A stretch of 64,000 nt of DNA from a virus, in the IMG/VR virus record IMGVR_UViG_3300020171_000728, positions 1 to 64,000 of that record. The stretch is one strand, 5' to 3'. Positions 16,550 to 27,100 of this stretch are shown piece after piece (within the stretch, counting starts at the first letter, position 1; every line of letters starts with the position of its first letter). The notes beneath the pieces were generated by a model. The model did no database searches and was not told where the DNA came from. It saw only the letters and a list, made by a program, of their open reading frames with translations. The translations under genes were made by a program, and so were the position numbers.

Positions 16550-19027
16550 TTAAGCTCCCATTCTTGCCCATTTTGCTTTTTGTCCCATAGCTTGTGATAC
16601 GGCATCAGCTATTCTTTGAATATCTGCTTTTTCACGTATTATAGGATTCTGAATATTTATAGTAATTGCTGATTGGTTTGATGGAATAATAGTTTCGCCA
16701 CCATGAACTATCGCTGGTTGTGGAGCACCTACTGGTCCAGGGACAACACCTCCTTCAGCATATTGAGACGGATTATTCCACGCATTTATAATACCACTAG
16801 AACCAACTGGTGTAGTCAACCCTTTCCATATAGAGCTCCATCCAAATTCAGTTTCTTGCATCCCTCGGTTCAACTCAGCTTGTCCTTCTCGAATTGATTT
16901 CATATATCTTTGATACTGTTCAAGAGTAATTTCTCCTCTTTCATATCTACTCTGAACATCTTTCATCATTTTGCTCCAATCCTTAGATGCATCACTTAAA
17001 CCATCAATATCATTTTTAAGTCCAGTTATTTGGTCTCTAATTTTTTGAAGTGCATAAAGTGCTCCAGTAACAACAATAGCAATAGCAATTGGAGTAGATA
17101 TTGTTGTTGATAAACCGATCCATGCGGTTCTTATTGCGGCAAAACTTCGCAATATTTTAACTTGCATTACAACAAATGCTAAATGAATTTTCCCAGTAGC
17201 AGTTATTATAGACGTTACAATTCCAGGAACCCATGTAATAAGTAAATATGTTGTTATGCCACCAAATATTGATTTAATACTATCTGGTAATTTATTAAAT
17301 TCATCTAAAACTCCTTTTGAAAATGCCAGACCAATATTTCTACTTGCCTCATATACTTCTGTCCAATTTGGCATATGGTCAATTAATTTACTCCACGATT
17401 CACCTATTAAGCCAACACCATCTATTATATCATTGCCTAAATTTCTAAAAAACTTTTTTATTGTTTCAAATGTATCTCTCCATGTTTCCCATTGACTCAA
17501 CCAAAAAATATAATCCTTCCATGTCATTTTCATTTTATCAACCGCAACTGATACAGCCATTGCTTCCGTATTCATCAAATCAGCAATAGTTTGTGACATA
17601 TCTTCTTGTCCACTTTCTTTGTCACTCAAATACCTATTCCAATCTTCATTTTCTCTTTTAATTCGTTTCTTTAAATCTTTTATTTTAATTTGGTCTGCCC
17701 ATAAACCCTTAGATTGTTCTCTTTTTAATTCTTCATTTAAATCTTCTAATCTTCTTTGATGTTGAATTCTTTGTTCTTCTGTTTGTTTTTTATCTTTACC
17801 CGACATTGAATCCGTAACTTCTGTATGAACTTTTCCTATGCTTTTCATTGCATCATTAGCTCCCTGCATTCCCTTCATTACATTTTTAAATCCATTGGCA
17901 TATCTATCCCATGCCCCAGTAAGTTTTAGAACCGTATAAGTAAGGATAGCAATACCAGCTGTTATCCCCATAGAAATCAAAGCAAATTTTGAAAGTGACA
18001 TAGTAGCAAGTCCAGATGCTATACTTAATCCAGCAAGCATTGCTTTAATACCAGCAAATCCAGCAGTAAGCATAGGAAGAATTGCTCCAACCGTAGCAAG
18101 AATAGCTAAAAGCCCAGTCATCACAGCAGTAGTCATTATAGTCATTCCAACAACACCACTCATATGTTCTACTAAAAATTGTAAAGCTTTAGATAATTTT
18201 GATACTAAATCCGCAAAAGGACCTATAATTGGTTTTAATGCATCACCAAGAACTTTTTTAAGATCAAAAACAGCAGCCGAAACTCTTCCAAATGATCCTA
18301 CTAATAATTGCTGTGCATTTTCTGTCATTCCAGTATATCTTTCAGATTCTTTGATTATAACATTAGCAGCAGAATAAGCTTTTTCTAATTTAGTTAATTG
18401 TGAAGCAGTTTTGCCAGTTGCTTTGGATGCATCTTCAATAGCAAGATTAAACAATCCTTGAATAAGTGTTGCATCAGCCAATTGCTCACGATTATATCTC
18501 ATTCCTTCTGATGTTCTTAATATAGCATCTGCATAACCATATTGAGCTTCTCTTGCTACAACAGCTCTATCCATCAATGCATCTATTGCCCTTTCCGTAG
18601 TCTTTATGTCTAATCCGGTTCCCATTATATTTCTTACTATCATTGCTGCTTTATTAAATGGGATTAGTCCACTATCTGTCATTTTTTGAACCAGTTGTTC
18701 TGCTTCTCCAAAATCTCTTCCCCATGCATTTGCCTCAGCACTCAATCCAAGCATTGCTTCTTCTGCTTGCATTGCTGCTTGAGTAAAATTGCTTATACCT
18801 GTAACCATTACAACAGATGCTGTTCCAACAACCAAACTTAAATATCTAAATCTATTACCAAGGCTTTCTAGCGTCCCCATTGTTGATGACATTCCATGTT
18901 GCATTTTTGTATTGGCTTTTGTTGTTTTTTCTCCCAATGCAGTGATGTCTTTTTTAGCTTGCTGAATTGTTTTCTTGCCCTTTACGCCGTATTCAATTGT
19001 AATCTTAACATTATTATCTGTTGCCAT
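16550..19027 (-). CDS. tail tape measure protein
   Basis: 825 aa; helical with a central cluster of TM helices and a C-terminal peptidase-like region; sits between the frameshifted chaperones and the distal tail gene. Confidence 0.7.
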   Translation of the reverse strand: MATDNNVKITIEYGVKGKKTIQQAKKDITALGEKTTKANTKMQHGMSSTMGTLESLGNRFRYLSLVVGTASVVMVTGISNFTQAAMQAEEAMLGLSAEANAWGRDFGEAEQLVQKMTDSGLIPFNKAAMIVRNIMGTGLDIKTTERAIDALMDRAVVAREAQYGYADAILRTSEGMRYNREQLADATLIQGLFNLAIEDASKATGKTASQLTKLEKAYSAANVIIKESERYTGMTENAQQLLVGSFGRVSAAVFDLKKVLGDALKPIIGPFADLVSKLSKALQFLVEHMSGVVGMTIMTTAVMTGLLAILATVGAILPMLTAGFAGIKAMLAGLSIASGLATMSLSKFALISMGITAGIAILTYTVLKLTGAWDRYANGFKNVMKGMQGANDAMKSIGKVHTEVTDSMSGKDKKQTEEQRIQHQRRLEDLNEELKREQSKGLWADQIKIKDLKKRIKRENEDWNRYLSDKESGQEDMSQTIADLMNTEAMAVSVAVDKMKMTWKDYIFWLSQWETWRDTFETIKKFFRNLGNDIIDGVGLIGESWSKLIDHMPNWTEVYEASRNIGLAFSKGVLDEFNKLPDSIKSIFGGITTYLLITWVPGIVTSIITATGKIHLAFVVMQVKILRSFAAIRTAWIGLSTTISTPIAIAIVVTGALYALQKIRDQITGLKNDIDGLSDASKDWSKMMKDVQSRYERGEITLEQYQRYMKSIREGQAELNRGMQETEFGWSSIWKGLTTPVGSSGIINAWNNPSQYAEGGVVPGPVGAPQPAIVHGGETIIPSNQSAITINIQNPIIREKADIQRIADAVSQAMGQKAKWARMGA

Positions 19028-19215
19028 TATTTTTTACTTATACTTTGTTTTTTTTGTTCCCTATTTTTGAATTGATTTTCTATATTGATAATTTTCAAGA
19101 ATGTATCAATTTTATCCCATGGTTGAGAATACAATTCGTCAATTGTCCACCCGAACTCTTTACAAATAAAATATTCTATGTATGCGGGTGGTGTATTTTT
19201 GCCACTTTGTAGCAT
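19027..19215 (-). CDS. tail assembly chaperone -1 frame extension (gpT-like part of a G/GT pair)
   Basis: 62-aa ORF in the -1 frame relative to the upstream 109-aa ORF; it begins 5 nt after the A_AAA_AAG slippery heptamer. Confidence 0.45.
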   Translation of the reverse strand: MLQSGKNTPPAYIEYFICKEFGWTIDELYSQPWDKIDTFLKIINIENQFKNREQKKQSISKK

Positions 19216-19220
19216 TAAAA

Positions 19221-19550
19221 CTACTTTTTTAAGACTTGTTTGCTTTTTTTTTCAGATACTTCAAAAAATTGAGCTATTTTATTTAATAGAATAGTTAAAT
19301 CTTTTACTGGCAATATATCAAAACTGTCTTCAGTAATTGGCAAACTATCACTTTTTTCATCCACAAAATTCCATTCTTTTATCATTAAACGAAGTGAAAC
19401 TATTCCACGTTTGAATCCAGATGTTTCTTTTTCTAATTCTTTCATCTGTCCGAATAACAATCCCTTATATAACTTCACTTCACTTCCTGGGAAAGATGGA
19501 AGTTCTACTGTTTCTATTTCTCTTGTATCTTTTAGGACTACGTTTGTCAT
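19221..19550 (-). CDS. tail assembly chaperone (gpG-like)
   Basis: 109 aa directly upstream of the tape measure; ends ...VLKK on the slippery site. Confidence 0.45.
   Translation of the reverse strand: MTNVVLKDTREIETVELPSFPGSEVKLYKGLLFGQMKELEKETSGFKRGIVSLRLMIKEWNFVDEKSDSLPITEDSFDILPVKDLTILLNKIAQFFEVSEKKSKQVLKK
19224..19230 (-). promoter_or_regulatory. programmed -1 ribosomal frameshift heptamer A_AAA_AAG
   Basis: Minus strand reads ..GTC TTA AAA AAG TAG; A AAA AAG is the dnaX-type slippery site, and a -1 shift reads into the 19027..19215 ORF. Confidence 0.55.
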
Positions 19551-19669
19551 ATGTCTTTAACCAAAATAAGCCCATCTACTTATTTAAATAGATAAATAAG
19601 CCAATGGACTCAATTTGACTTGTGTTAGACTCGAAGTCTGTTATTAAACTTTTAAACTTAAATGTTTCA

Positions 19670-20647
19670 TTAATATGAAGATTTGGTATTTGTAATAATC
19701 ACTTCAATTGATTTTACTGCTGTAGCATCATATTCAGCTACAAAACTTGGATTTTCTGTAACAAATCCTGCGATTGAAGTATCTATTGTTCTATCACTGA
19801 AATGAACTTTTGGCAATCCAATAAATATTTCCTCAAAATCACCACCTGCAATAGCAGGACCAATCATTTGGACAATCAATGCTCGTTTTGTCAAATTCTG
19901 ATAATATCCTTGCTGTGTGGCATCTTCGAAGAATAATGTATAATCTCCTTCAACTTCAAATTGCCCCGCTGCAACATGGTCAACATTAGCAGATCCACTT
20001 ACATAATGTGCTTCTGCATTATTATTTATTCTCAATGAGAATGCTGTCAAATCAGTTGCTGTTGCTGTTCCCGCTACAACTTCTGCTTTCAATGTAGCAT
20101 AAGTTTCTCCAAGATATAATTTATAATCCTTGAATCCCATTATTGTTTCTTCTGTAATTGATTTTGAAGCAGTTCCTGTTGCAGGCATTTTAGATAGGAT
20201 TGATGTTGCTAATGTAGCTAACCCATCAGAAACAGAAAATTCTAAAGTATTTACTGTTCCATATGCGAATTCTCTCACCGCTACTCCATCATAATGAACC
20301 AATGTAACTGTTTTAGGTGCATTGGTAGTTTTTCTAGTAATAGTATGGATATGAGCAGAACCAGCTCCAGATGTGCTAGTAACAGCACCCAATGCTGGTA
20401 TAATCAGATAAGGTGCATTCTCAGCATCTACCAAAATTTCAATATCTCCCTCGCCTCTTGTTGGCCCAGATATAGATCCACCAACTCTTTCTCTAATTCC
20501 TCTTGCAGCTTCATCTACTAATGGTTCTTGAACACCTCTAAGATTACAAGTTGTAAATGGTAAATATTTAGTTGCAGGAACACCTTGTCCTGGAGTGGAT
20601 TCAAATCCGATCCCCAAATAATTTTCTCGCCCAGTTTTTACTGACAT
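19670..20647 (-). CDS. major tail (tube) protein candidate
   Basis: 325 aa, Ala/Thr/Gly-rich, abundant-protein-like; upstream of the chaperone and tape measure genes; preceded by a strong SD (AAGGAGAG) and the AAAGGTCGG motif. Confidence 0.4.
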   Translation of the reverse strand: MSVKTGRENYLGIGFESTPGQGVPATKYLPFTTCNLRGVQEPLVDEAARGIRERVGGSISGPTRGEGDIEILVDAENAPYLIIPALGAVTSTSGAGSAHIHTITRKTTNAPKTVTLVHYDGVAVREFAYGTVNTLEFSVSDGLATLATSILSKMPATGTASKSITEETIMGFKDYKLYLGETYATLKAEVVAGTATATDLTAFSLRINNNAEAHYVSGSANVDHVAAGQFEVEGDYTLFFEDATQQGYYQNLTKRALIVQMIGPAIAGGDFEEIFIGLPKVHFSDRTIDTSIAGFVTENPSFVAEYDATAVKSIEVIITNTKSSY

Positions 20648-20687
20648 TTTTTTAATCTCTCCTTTTTTTAATTTTCTAACCGACCTT

Positions 20688-21518
20688 TTATACTAATTTT
20701 TTAATAACATTTGCACACCAATCTGAATTATTATTTATTTCATCCTCGCTTATTCTAAAAACAATATAACCGTTGTTTACTAAGTCTCTAAAAATTCTTT
20801 TATCTCTTTTTTTAACATATGGTAATGAATGCCAATAGTTTCCATCTGCATAAACTGCTATATTTGGTTTAATAAAAAAATCAGGAATAGTTCTTAAAAA
20901 TGAAATAGATTTATATCTTTCAAAATTTATTTTATATTTTGTTAATGATAATCTTAATTTTTTCTCTATCCCAGTTTCTTTGTTTTCACGTTTAGACCAT
21001 GTTGCCATTTTTAACATTTGATTATCCCTGTATTCTGGATTTTTCCATCTTTTGATACTTGCAAGTTTCATTTTAGTTGTATCTGCAACCTTCCAATGTT
21101 TGCCTTTGTTCACACCAATTCTTCCTGTTAAAGTTTGACTAATCCTTTGTCTTTCTATCGGATTTGAAAATCTCAATATATTTGCTTGTCGTATTTTTTC
21201 TATTGTTTCTGGTGAATTAATATATCCAAGTCTCTTTTTTCTTTCTATTCTAGCATTACTCATTCTTTTCCTAACTTCTGGTCTTTTTGATGGACTCCTA
21301 TCGCCAGTTAAATCTGGTCTTTTTCTTCCTTTGTTAGCCTCACTTATTCTTCTTCGAGTTTCTATTGATGGCGGTCCGTTTTTACGACCAGTTAATGTTT
21401 TTCTAATTTTTTCTTTCCGTTCTTCTGACACTATTCCGCCTTTATTAGAATGTTCATGCGTTTGATAATATATTTTTAATCCTTTTGATATTTTTTTACG
21501 AGTTTTTTCTGATACCAT
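20688..21518 (-). CDS. homing-endonuclease-like protein: NUMOD3 repeats plus C-terminal Vsr/DUF559-like nuclease domain
   Basis: Repeated ...SKRPEVRKRMS / ...ISEANKGRKRPD NUMOD3-like motifs; C-terminus AVYADGNYWH...YIVFRISEDEI resembles the PD-(D/E)xK Vsr-like fold. Confidence 0.5.
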   Translation of the reverse strand: MVSEKTRKKISKGLKIYYQTHEHSNKGGIVSEERKEKIRKTLTGRKNGPPSIETRRRISEANKGRKRPDLTGDRSPSKRPEVRKRMSNARIERKKRLGYINSPETIEKIRQANILRFSNPIERQRISQTLTGRIGVNKGKHWKVADTTKMKLASIKRWKNPEYRDNQMLKMATWSKRENKETGIEKKLRLSLTKYKINFERYKSISFLRTIPDFFIKPNIAVYADGNYWHSLPYVKKRDKRIFRDLVNNGYIVFRISEDEINNNSDWCANVIKKLV

Positions 21519-21550
21519 GTCTTATTGACTTTTTTTCTCTCCTTTTTAAT

Positions 21551-21772
21551 TTATTTCGACTTTTTATATTTTCTATTTTCTTTTAAAATCTCTTTAGAAA
21601 AAATAGGTTCAATCTTTTCGACTTTTATTTGAACTTCTTTGATATGTGGATTATCTAACAATTTATTCGCAATTTTATCTGGTGCATCTTTAATCTCATT
21701 TGCATCAATAGTAAAAACAAAGTCAGAACTATCCCATGTGAGTCTTTTATGATAAGTATTTATTATTTGCAT
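21551..21772 (-). CDS. hypothetical protein
   Basis: 73-aa ORF. Confidence 0.25.
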   Translation of the reverse strand: MQIINTYHKRLTWDSSDFVFTIDANEIKDAPDKIANKLLDNPHIKEVQIKVEKIEPIFSKEILKENRKYKKSK

Positions 21773-21837
21773 ATTAGTATTTTGCTAACATGGATTTTAT
21801 CCAAGCTAACAATCTTTTATAAAACAAACTTATTTTT

Positions 21838-22062
21838 TTAGTCTTTTTTCTTTTTGTCATTTTCTTTTTGTTGTTTTTTTAATTGCATTAAAACTTCGGC
21901 TAATGGTTCTAGATTAAGTTCTAATGTTGAGAAATGATTACACCCATAACATTTTACGCTCAAAATAAAACTATCTTTTATCAATTTATATTTGAATTGT
22001 AATGCATTACATTGAGGACAACGAAACTCTTTATAATTTTTGTCTTTTTGACTTTTATTCAT
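21838..22062 (-). CDS. zinc-ribbon protein
   Basis: CPQCN...CYGCNHF two CxxC pairs; 74 aa. Confidence 0.3.
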   Translation of the reverse strand: MNKSQKDKNYKEFRCPQCNALQFKYKLIKDSFILSVKCYGCNHFSTLELNLEPLAEVLMQLKKQQKENDKKKKD

Positions 22063-22066
22063 AATT

Positions 22067-22531
22067 TTATCTGTTTAATATCCTTGTTACTGAAACTCTG
22101 ATAGATGCCTCGAGGGTTACGTTTTGCTCACGGACGCGGATTCCGTAGTTTATACTCCCAACATTTTCGATAAATAGATTGTCAGCCAATTCTAAATCAT
22201 TTCTTAAAGCATAAATAATAGTGTTTGGCAATGGCGTTCCATTTGAATCTTTTTCTTCTGCTATTTTTGTTAAGAACTGCATTCCAACCATTTCATTTGG
22301 GGCTCTTTTTAATTCCGTTAAAGCATTTATTATTACAAAAATATCTACATCGTGGGTATATTTATCTCGGCTCGTATCTGCTACTTCTATATTTGTGGCA
22401 ACTGGAGTTATTGCAATGCATGGCAATGAAGATAAATTGACTAGGTTGGGGTCGTCAATAAAGTAAGTTCTAATACGATTCCCAAGTTGAGTTTTCAATC
22501 TTGTTTGTAATGTTGTTAAAATATTATACAT
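22067..22531 (-). CDS. hypothetical virion protein (head-tail region)
   Basis: 154-aa ORF in the structural block. Confidence 0.3.
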   Translation of the reverse strand: MYNILTTLQTRLKTQLGNRIRTYFIDDPNLVNLSSLPCIAITPVATNIEVADTSRDKYTHDVDIFVIINALTELKRAPNEMVGMQFLTKIAEEKDSNGTPLPNTIIYALRNDLELADNLFIENVGSINYGIRVREQNVTLEASIRVSVTRILNR

Positions 22532-22593
22532 AGTTCATATAAAGGTCAAATAATTGATTTATACTGTGTGCACCACTGTGCACTTAATCCTTC

Positions 22594-23046
22594 TTACTTC
22601 TTTTTAATAATCCCAACTATCCAATCGAGAAAGGCATCTATTATGAGATGAAGTCTAGTTTTGTCTATTCTTAGCATAACTCTTTGGGGAACTCTTTTAA
22701 AACCAAGCTGATGTTCTTGAAAATATGGAACAGGATTATCAATAGTCATTGTATTCTTTTCTATACTACTTCTGAATCCACCTTTCATTGCTCCTGTTCT
22801 AACAAGTGGTGGCATATCACCATACCCTTCTCGTTTTTTAATAGCAATAGTTGATTTTTTTAATGGTTTCCATGGAACTTTAAATGTTTCTCCCTGACTC
22901 TTAAAGTTTTCCATTATAGCAGCCATCATTATTTTTGATGAATTTTGTAATGGCTCTCTTGGTCTTTCTAAACTGGAAGATATATTGTTTAGCTTCTGGA
23001 TTAATTGCTTATCACCAGTCACATTTATTTTTATATCAATAGCCAT
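22594..23046 (-). CDS. virion morphogenesis / tail completion protein (Mu G-like)
   Basis: About 150 aa; composition and order resemble the Mu G / Phage_tail_S family; placement between head and tail modules. Confidence 0.35.
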   Translation of the reverse strand: MAIDIKINVTGDKQLIQKLNNISSSLERPREPLQNSSKIMMAAIMENFKSQGETFKVPWKPLKKSTIAIKKREGYGDMPPLVRTGAMKGGFRSSIEKNTMTIDNPVPYFQEHQLGFKRVPQRVMLRIDKTRLHLIIDAFLDWIVGIIKKK

Positions 23047-23130
23047 AATGATTAAAACTTGCTTGTAGATAGTGAAATTCGCCCATATTCACCCACCAGA
23101 ACAATTTTTATACAAAAGTTATACAATACC

Positions 23131-24090
23131 CTAACTAGTGGGCGAATCGGGGTCAGTGGCTTTAAAAATTTCATCTCCTACGTTAAATAATTCTCCAACA
23201 TCATTTTTTCCGAGGGAGTAATCATTGCTCCCACTTGCCTCTCCAATCGATGTTCCACCTAATGCATTTCCATCTATATCTCGTAATAATAATTTACCAT
23301 CTACAATCTTATCTAACATATCTTCGGCTCTTACAATCTTTCTTTCACCAGATTTTCCTATTTCTATATCAGCCTCCATACCATATTCTTTACTTAATAA
23401 GAGTCCGCCAGCCAATAATGTAATAATATGTTGAAAAACCTTTGGTTTGGCGCTAAATGGAAGAGAATATGTAGATGCAACAGTAGATTCTGCTTGATTT
23501 TCAGCTTCATCTCTGTAGCGAGAAATCAACTCATCTGGAATATAGTAATTATCCTCAAAACCTGCTTCCTGTCTGATTTTATAAATAGAAGTATAATGTT
23601 CAGAATCTCTCGCCTTTGTAGCAATCGCATCACTTAAAGATGTAGTATCTAATGTTGTTGAGTTATAATATACCGCCTTATACCAAGATGTAGAAGTTCC
23701 ATTAGCATCTTCAAACATTGTTCCATCTGGGCTATCAATTGCAATATCTACTGGGCTACCTTCGCTTGACAAATGTTCATAAGTTCCATCTTCTGTCGCA
23801 CAACGATAAAATTTTCGTTGATTAAATAATATTTGAGTGATTGGTTCCCCTTTAGAATGAGCGAATTTTGTAGCATCTGTTGTAATTGTCACTAAATCAG
23901 CAGAAATGGCTGAAATCTTTTTTATTTCAGCAGTGTCATTCCCACGATATCCCAAAACCACATAATCATTCACAGCAAAATGGCTTGCATTTCCACAAGA
24001 TAATATGGTTTGTCCGATAGCTTCATCTGCTGAGAATTCAGTTAATTCTCCAAAAACTATTTCCTCTGTGGGGGCTTTTAAAATTTCCAT
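23131..24090 (-). CDS. hypothetical virion structural protein
   Basis: 319 aa, acidic, Thr/Ser-rich; first gene downstream of the 1919-aa repeat protein. Confidence 0.3.
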   Translation of the reverse strand: MEILKAPTEEIVFGELTEFSADEAIGQTILSCGNASHFAVNDYVVLGYRGNDTAEIKKISAISADLVTITTDATKFAHSKGEPITQILFNQRKFYRCATEDGTYEHLSSEGSPVDIAIDSPDGTMFEDANGTSTSWYKAVYYNSTTLDTTSLSDAIATKARDSEHYTSIYKIRQEAGFEDNYYIPDELISRYRDEAENQAESTVASTYSLPFSAKPKVFQHIITLLAGGLLLSKEYGMEADIEIGKSGERKIVRAEDMLDKIVDGKLLLRDIDGNALGGTSIGEASGSNDYSLGKNDVGELFNVGDEIFKATDPDSPTS

Positions 24091-24157
24091 TATTTATATT
24101 AATAATACTTACATTGATTTATTGGGTCAAATATGTTTAATTCTAAATAAACTAACT

Positions 24158-27100
24158 TCATTGTCTGGTTAATAAGGTAGTATGGCCATCTCTGGTTAAT
24201 AAGGTAGTATGGCCATCTCTGGTTAATAAGGTAGTATGGCCATCTCTGGTTAATAAGGTAGTATGGCCACCTATTGAAACAGATGGACTGACACTTGGTG
24301 AAATACTTGGACTCAATGATGGGGATATACTTACAGATGGAGAAACAGAAGGACTGAGAGATGGAGACAATGATGGGCTAAGTGATGGTGATAAACTTAC
24401 TGATGGACTTACGCTTGGCGAGATTGATGGACTTATAGAGAGACTGATGGATGGTGATAACGATGGGCTTATGCTGGGTGATATTGAGGGGCTTAATGAT
24501 ACTGATGGACTTACCGATGGAGATATTGAAGGTGAAATACTTGGAGATAATGATGGGGACAAGCTTGGACTTAAACTGGGTGAAATACTTACACTGGGCG
24601 ATACTGATGGGCTGATTGAGGGTGATAATGAAGGCGAAATACTTGGGCTTATACTAAGAGAAATAGAGGGACTGATAGATACTGAAGGTGAAACTGAGGG
24701 GCTGATTGAAGAACTCAAACTTGGACTAATCGATGGAGAAATACTAGGAGAAATAGATGAACTAATACTGGGTGATATTGAGGGTGAAATACTGACCGAT
24801 GGTGATACACTTGGTGAGATTGATGGACTAATCGATGGAGATATACTGGGAGATATAGATGGCGATATTGATGGAGAAAGAGATGGACTTATGCTAGGGC
24901 TAATACTAATAGAGGGGCTTACAGAAGGACTAATGCTCAGAGAAATCGATGGACTAATGCTTGGGGATATTGATGGTGAAATTGAAACGCTTGGGCTTAC
25001 TGATGGGCTGATTGAGGGTGATAATGAAGGCGAAATAGAGGGGCTTAATGATGGACTAATAGATGGGCTAATAGATGGGCTAAGAGATGGACTTATTGAA
25101 ACACTTGGACTTACTGATGGAGAGATTGATGGTGAGATTGAGGGAGAAATAGAGGGGCTTAAACTTAGGGATATTGAAGGAGAGATTGAAACACTAGGAC
25201 TTACAGATGGTGATATGCTAGGGGATATACTAGGAGAAATAGAAGGACTAATACTTGGGCTTATTGAAGGGCTTAAGGAAGGAGATACAGAAGGTGAGAT
25301 AGAGACACTTGGACTTACTGACGGGCTAATAGACGGTGAGATACTCGGACTAACTGATGGCGAAACCGATGGGCTAAGAGACGGACTGATTGAAACCGAA
25401 GGACTAACTGATGGCGAAATACTGGGCGAGAAAGAAGGGGATATACTCGGACTAATAGAAGGTGAAACACTCGGAGATAAAGATACTGATGGACTCACAC
25501 TTGGGCTAATGGAAGGTGAAATACTGGGAGAAATAGATGGTGATATGCTCGGACTGATTGACAAAGAAATACTGGGAGATATAGAGGGTGAGATTGATAC
25601 TGATGGTGAAACACTTGGGGAAATACTGGGGGATATGCTTGGGCTAATAGAAACCGAAGGAGATACAGAAGGACTGATAGAAGAGCTTATGCTTGGTGAA
25701 ATTGAAGGAGATAACGATTCACTTGGGCTTACACTCGGAGAAATACTTGGACTTAAACTTGGTGACAAGGAAGGACTTAAACTTGGACTTAAAGATTCAC
25801 TCGGTGAAACACTTGGGGATATACTAGGACTCAATGATTGGGATAACGATGGTGATAATGACGGAGATAACGATTTAGAAGGACTAACAGATGGAGAAAT
25901 GCTAGGCGATATAGATGGCGACAATGATTCAGATGGTGATACTGACTGACTTATACTGGGAGAAATACTCGGAGAAATACTTGGACTTATTGAAGGACTC
26001 AAAGAGGGACTTAAACTTGGAGATATTGAGACGCTCGGACTAACACTCGACGAGATACTTTGCGAAAGCGAAGGAGATAAACTTGGACTTAATGATGGTG
26101 ACAATGATTGACTTGGACTTGTAGAAAGACTTAAACTTGGTGACAAACTTAGTGATATACTAGGACTTATAGACGGACTTAAACTCGCACTTGGAGATAC
26201 ACTTTGGCTAATAGAAGGGCTTATGCTTGGACTTAAACTAGGTGAAAGTGAGGGTGATAATGACTGACTAGGACTAACTGAAGGGCTTATGCTTGGGCTT
26301 ATGCTTGGGCTGATGCTTTGACTGATTGACGGACTAATACTTGTGCTTGGACTAACAGAAGTCGAGATACTTGGCGAAATACTTGGACTTATGCTTGGAG
26401 ATAACGATGGACTTATTGACTGACTTGGCGATACTGAAGGAGAAATACTTGGACTAATTGACTGACTTATCGAAGGACTTAAACTTGGGGATATAGATTG
26501 ACTAGGACTGACTGATGGACTAATTGAAGGGCTAATACTTGGACTAATACTAGGGCTTATTGAAGGCGAAATTGATTGGCTTGGACTTACTGATGGGCTG
26601 ATACTTGGCGACAGTGACTGACTAAGCGATGGTGACAAAGAAGGACTTAAAGATTGGCTAGGTGAAACTGATGGTGATATACTTTGCGAAATAGACGGTG
26701 ACAATGATGGAGACAAAGAAGGACTTAAACTTGGAGAAATGCTAGGGCTAATACTGGCACTTGGCGACACCGACGGACTTATGGAGGGTGATAAGGAAGC
26801 CGATAAAGATGGCGAAATACTTGGCGAGATTGATTGACTTGGACTTACTGATGGACTGATTGATGGACTTATGCTTTGGCTAAGTGATTGACTTAAACTT
26901 GGAGAAATACTTGGCGATAACGAAGGCGAAAGAGATGGACTTAATGAAGCAGATGGACTTACAGATGGAGAAATACTCGGACTTAATGAAGGTGATAAAC
27001 TTTGAGACAATGACGGAGATAAACTTTGACTAATTGAAGGGCTAATTGATGGACTCAAAGACGCTGAAGGTGATACAGATGGTGAGATTGACTGAGAAAT

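Noticed and set aside
24158-24262. 27-bp x4 perfect tandem repeat, considered as a possible att site or regulatory repeat
   Set aside because: It lies inside the 3' end of the 1919-aa ORF and encodes GHTTLLTRD x4, so it is a coding repeat
24447-25949. 500-aa plus-strand ORF (and 28956..29519) full of GD/GE/GL repeats
   Set aside because: This is the reverse-complement reading of the SPS repeat DNA of the 1919-aa minus-strand gene. It is a low-complexity artefact, and the minus-strand ORF is the contiguous one
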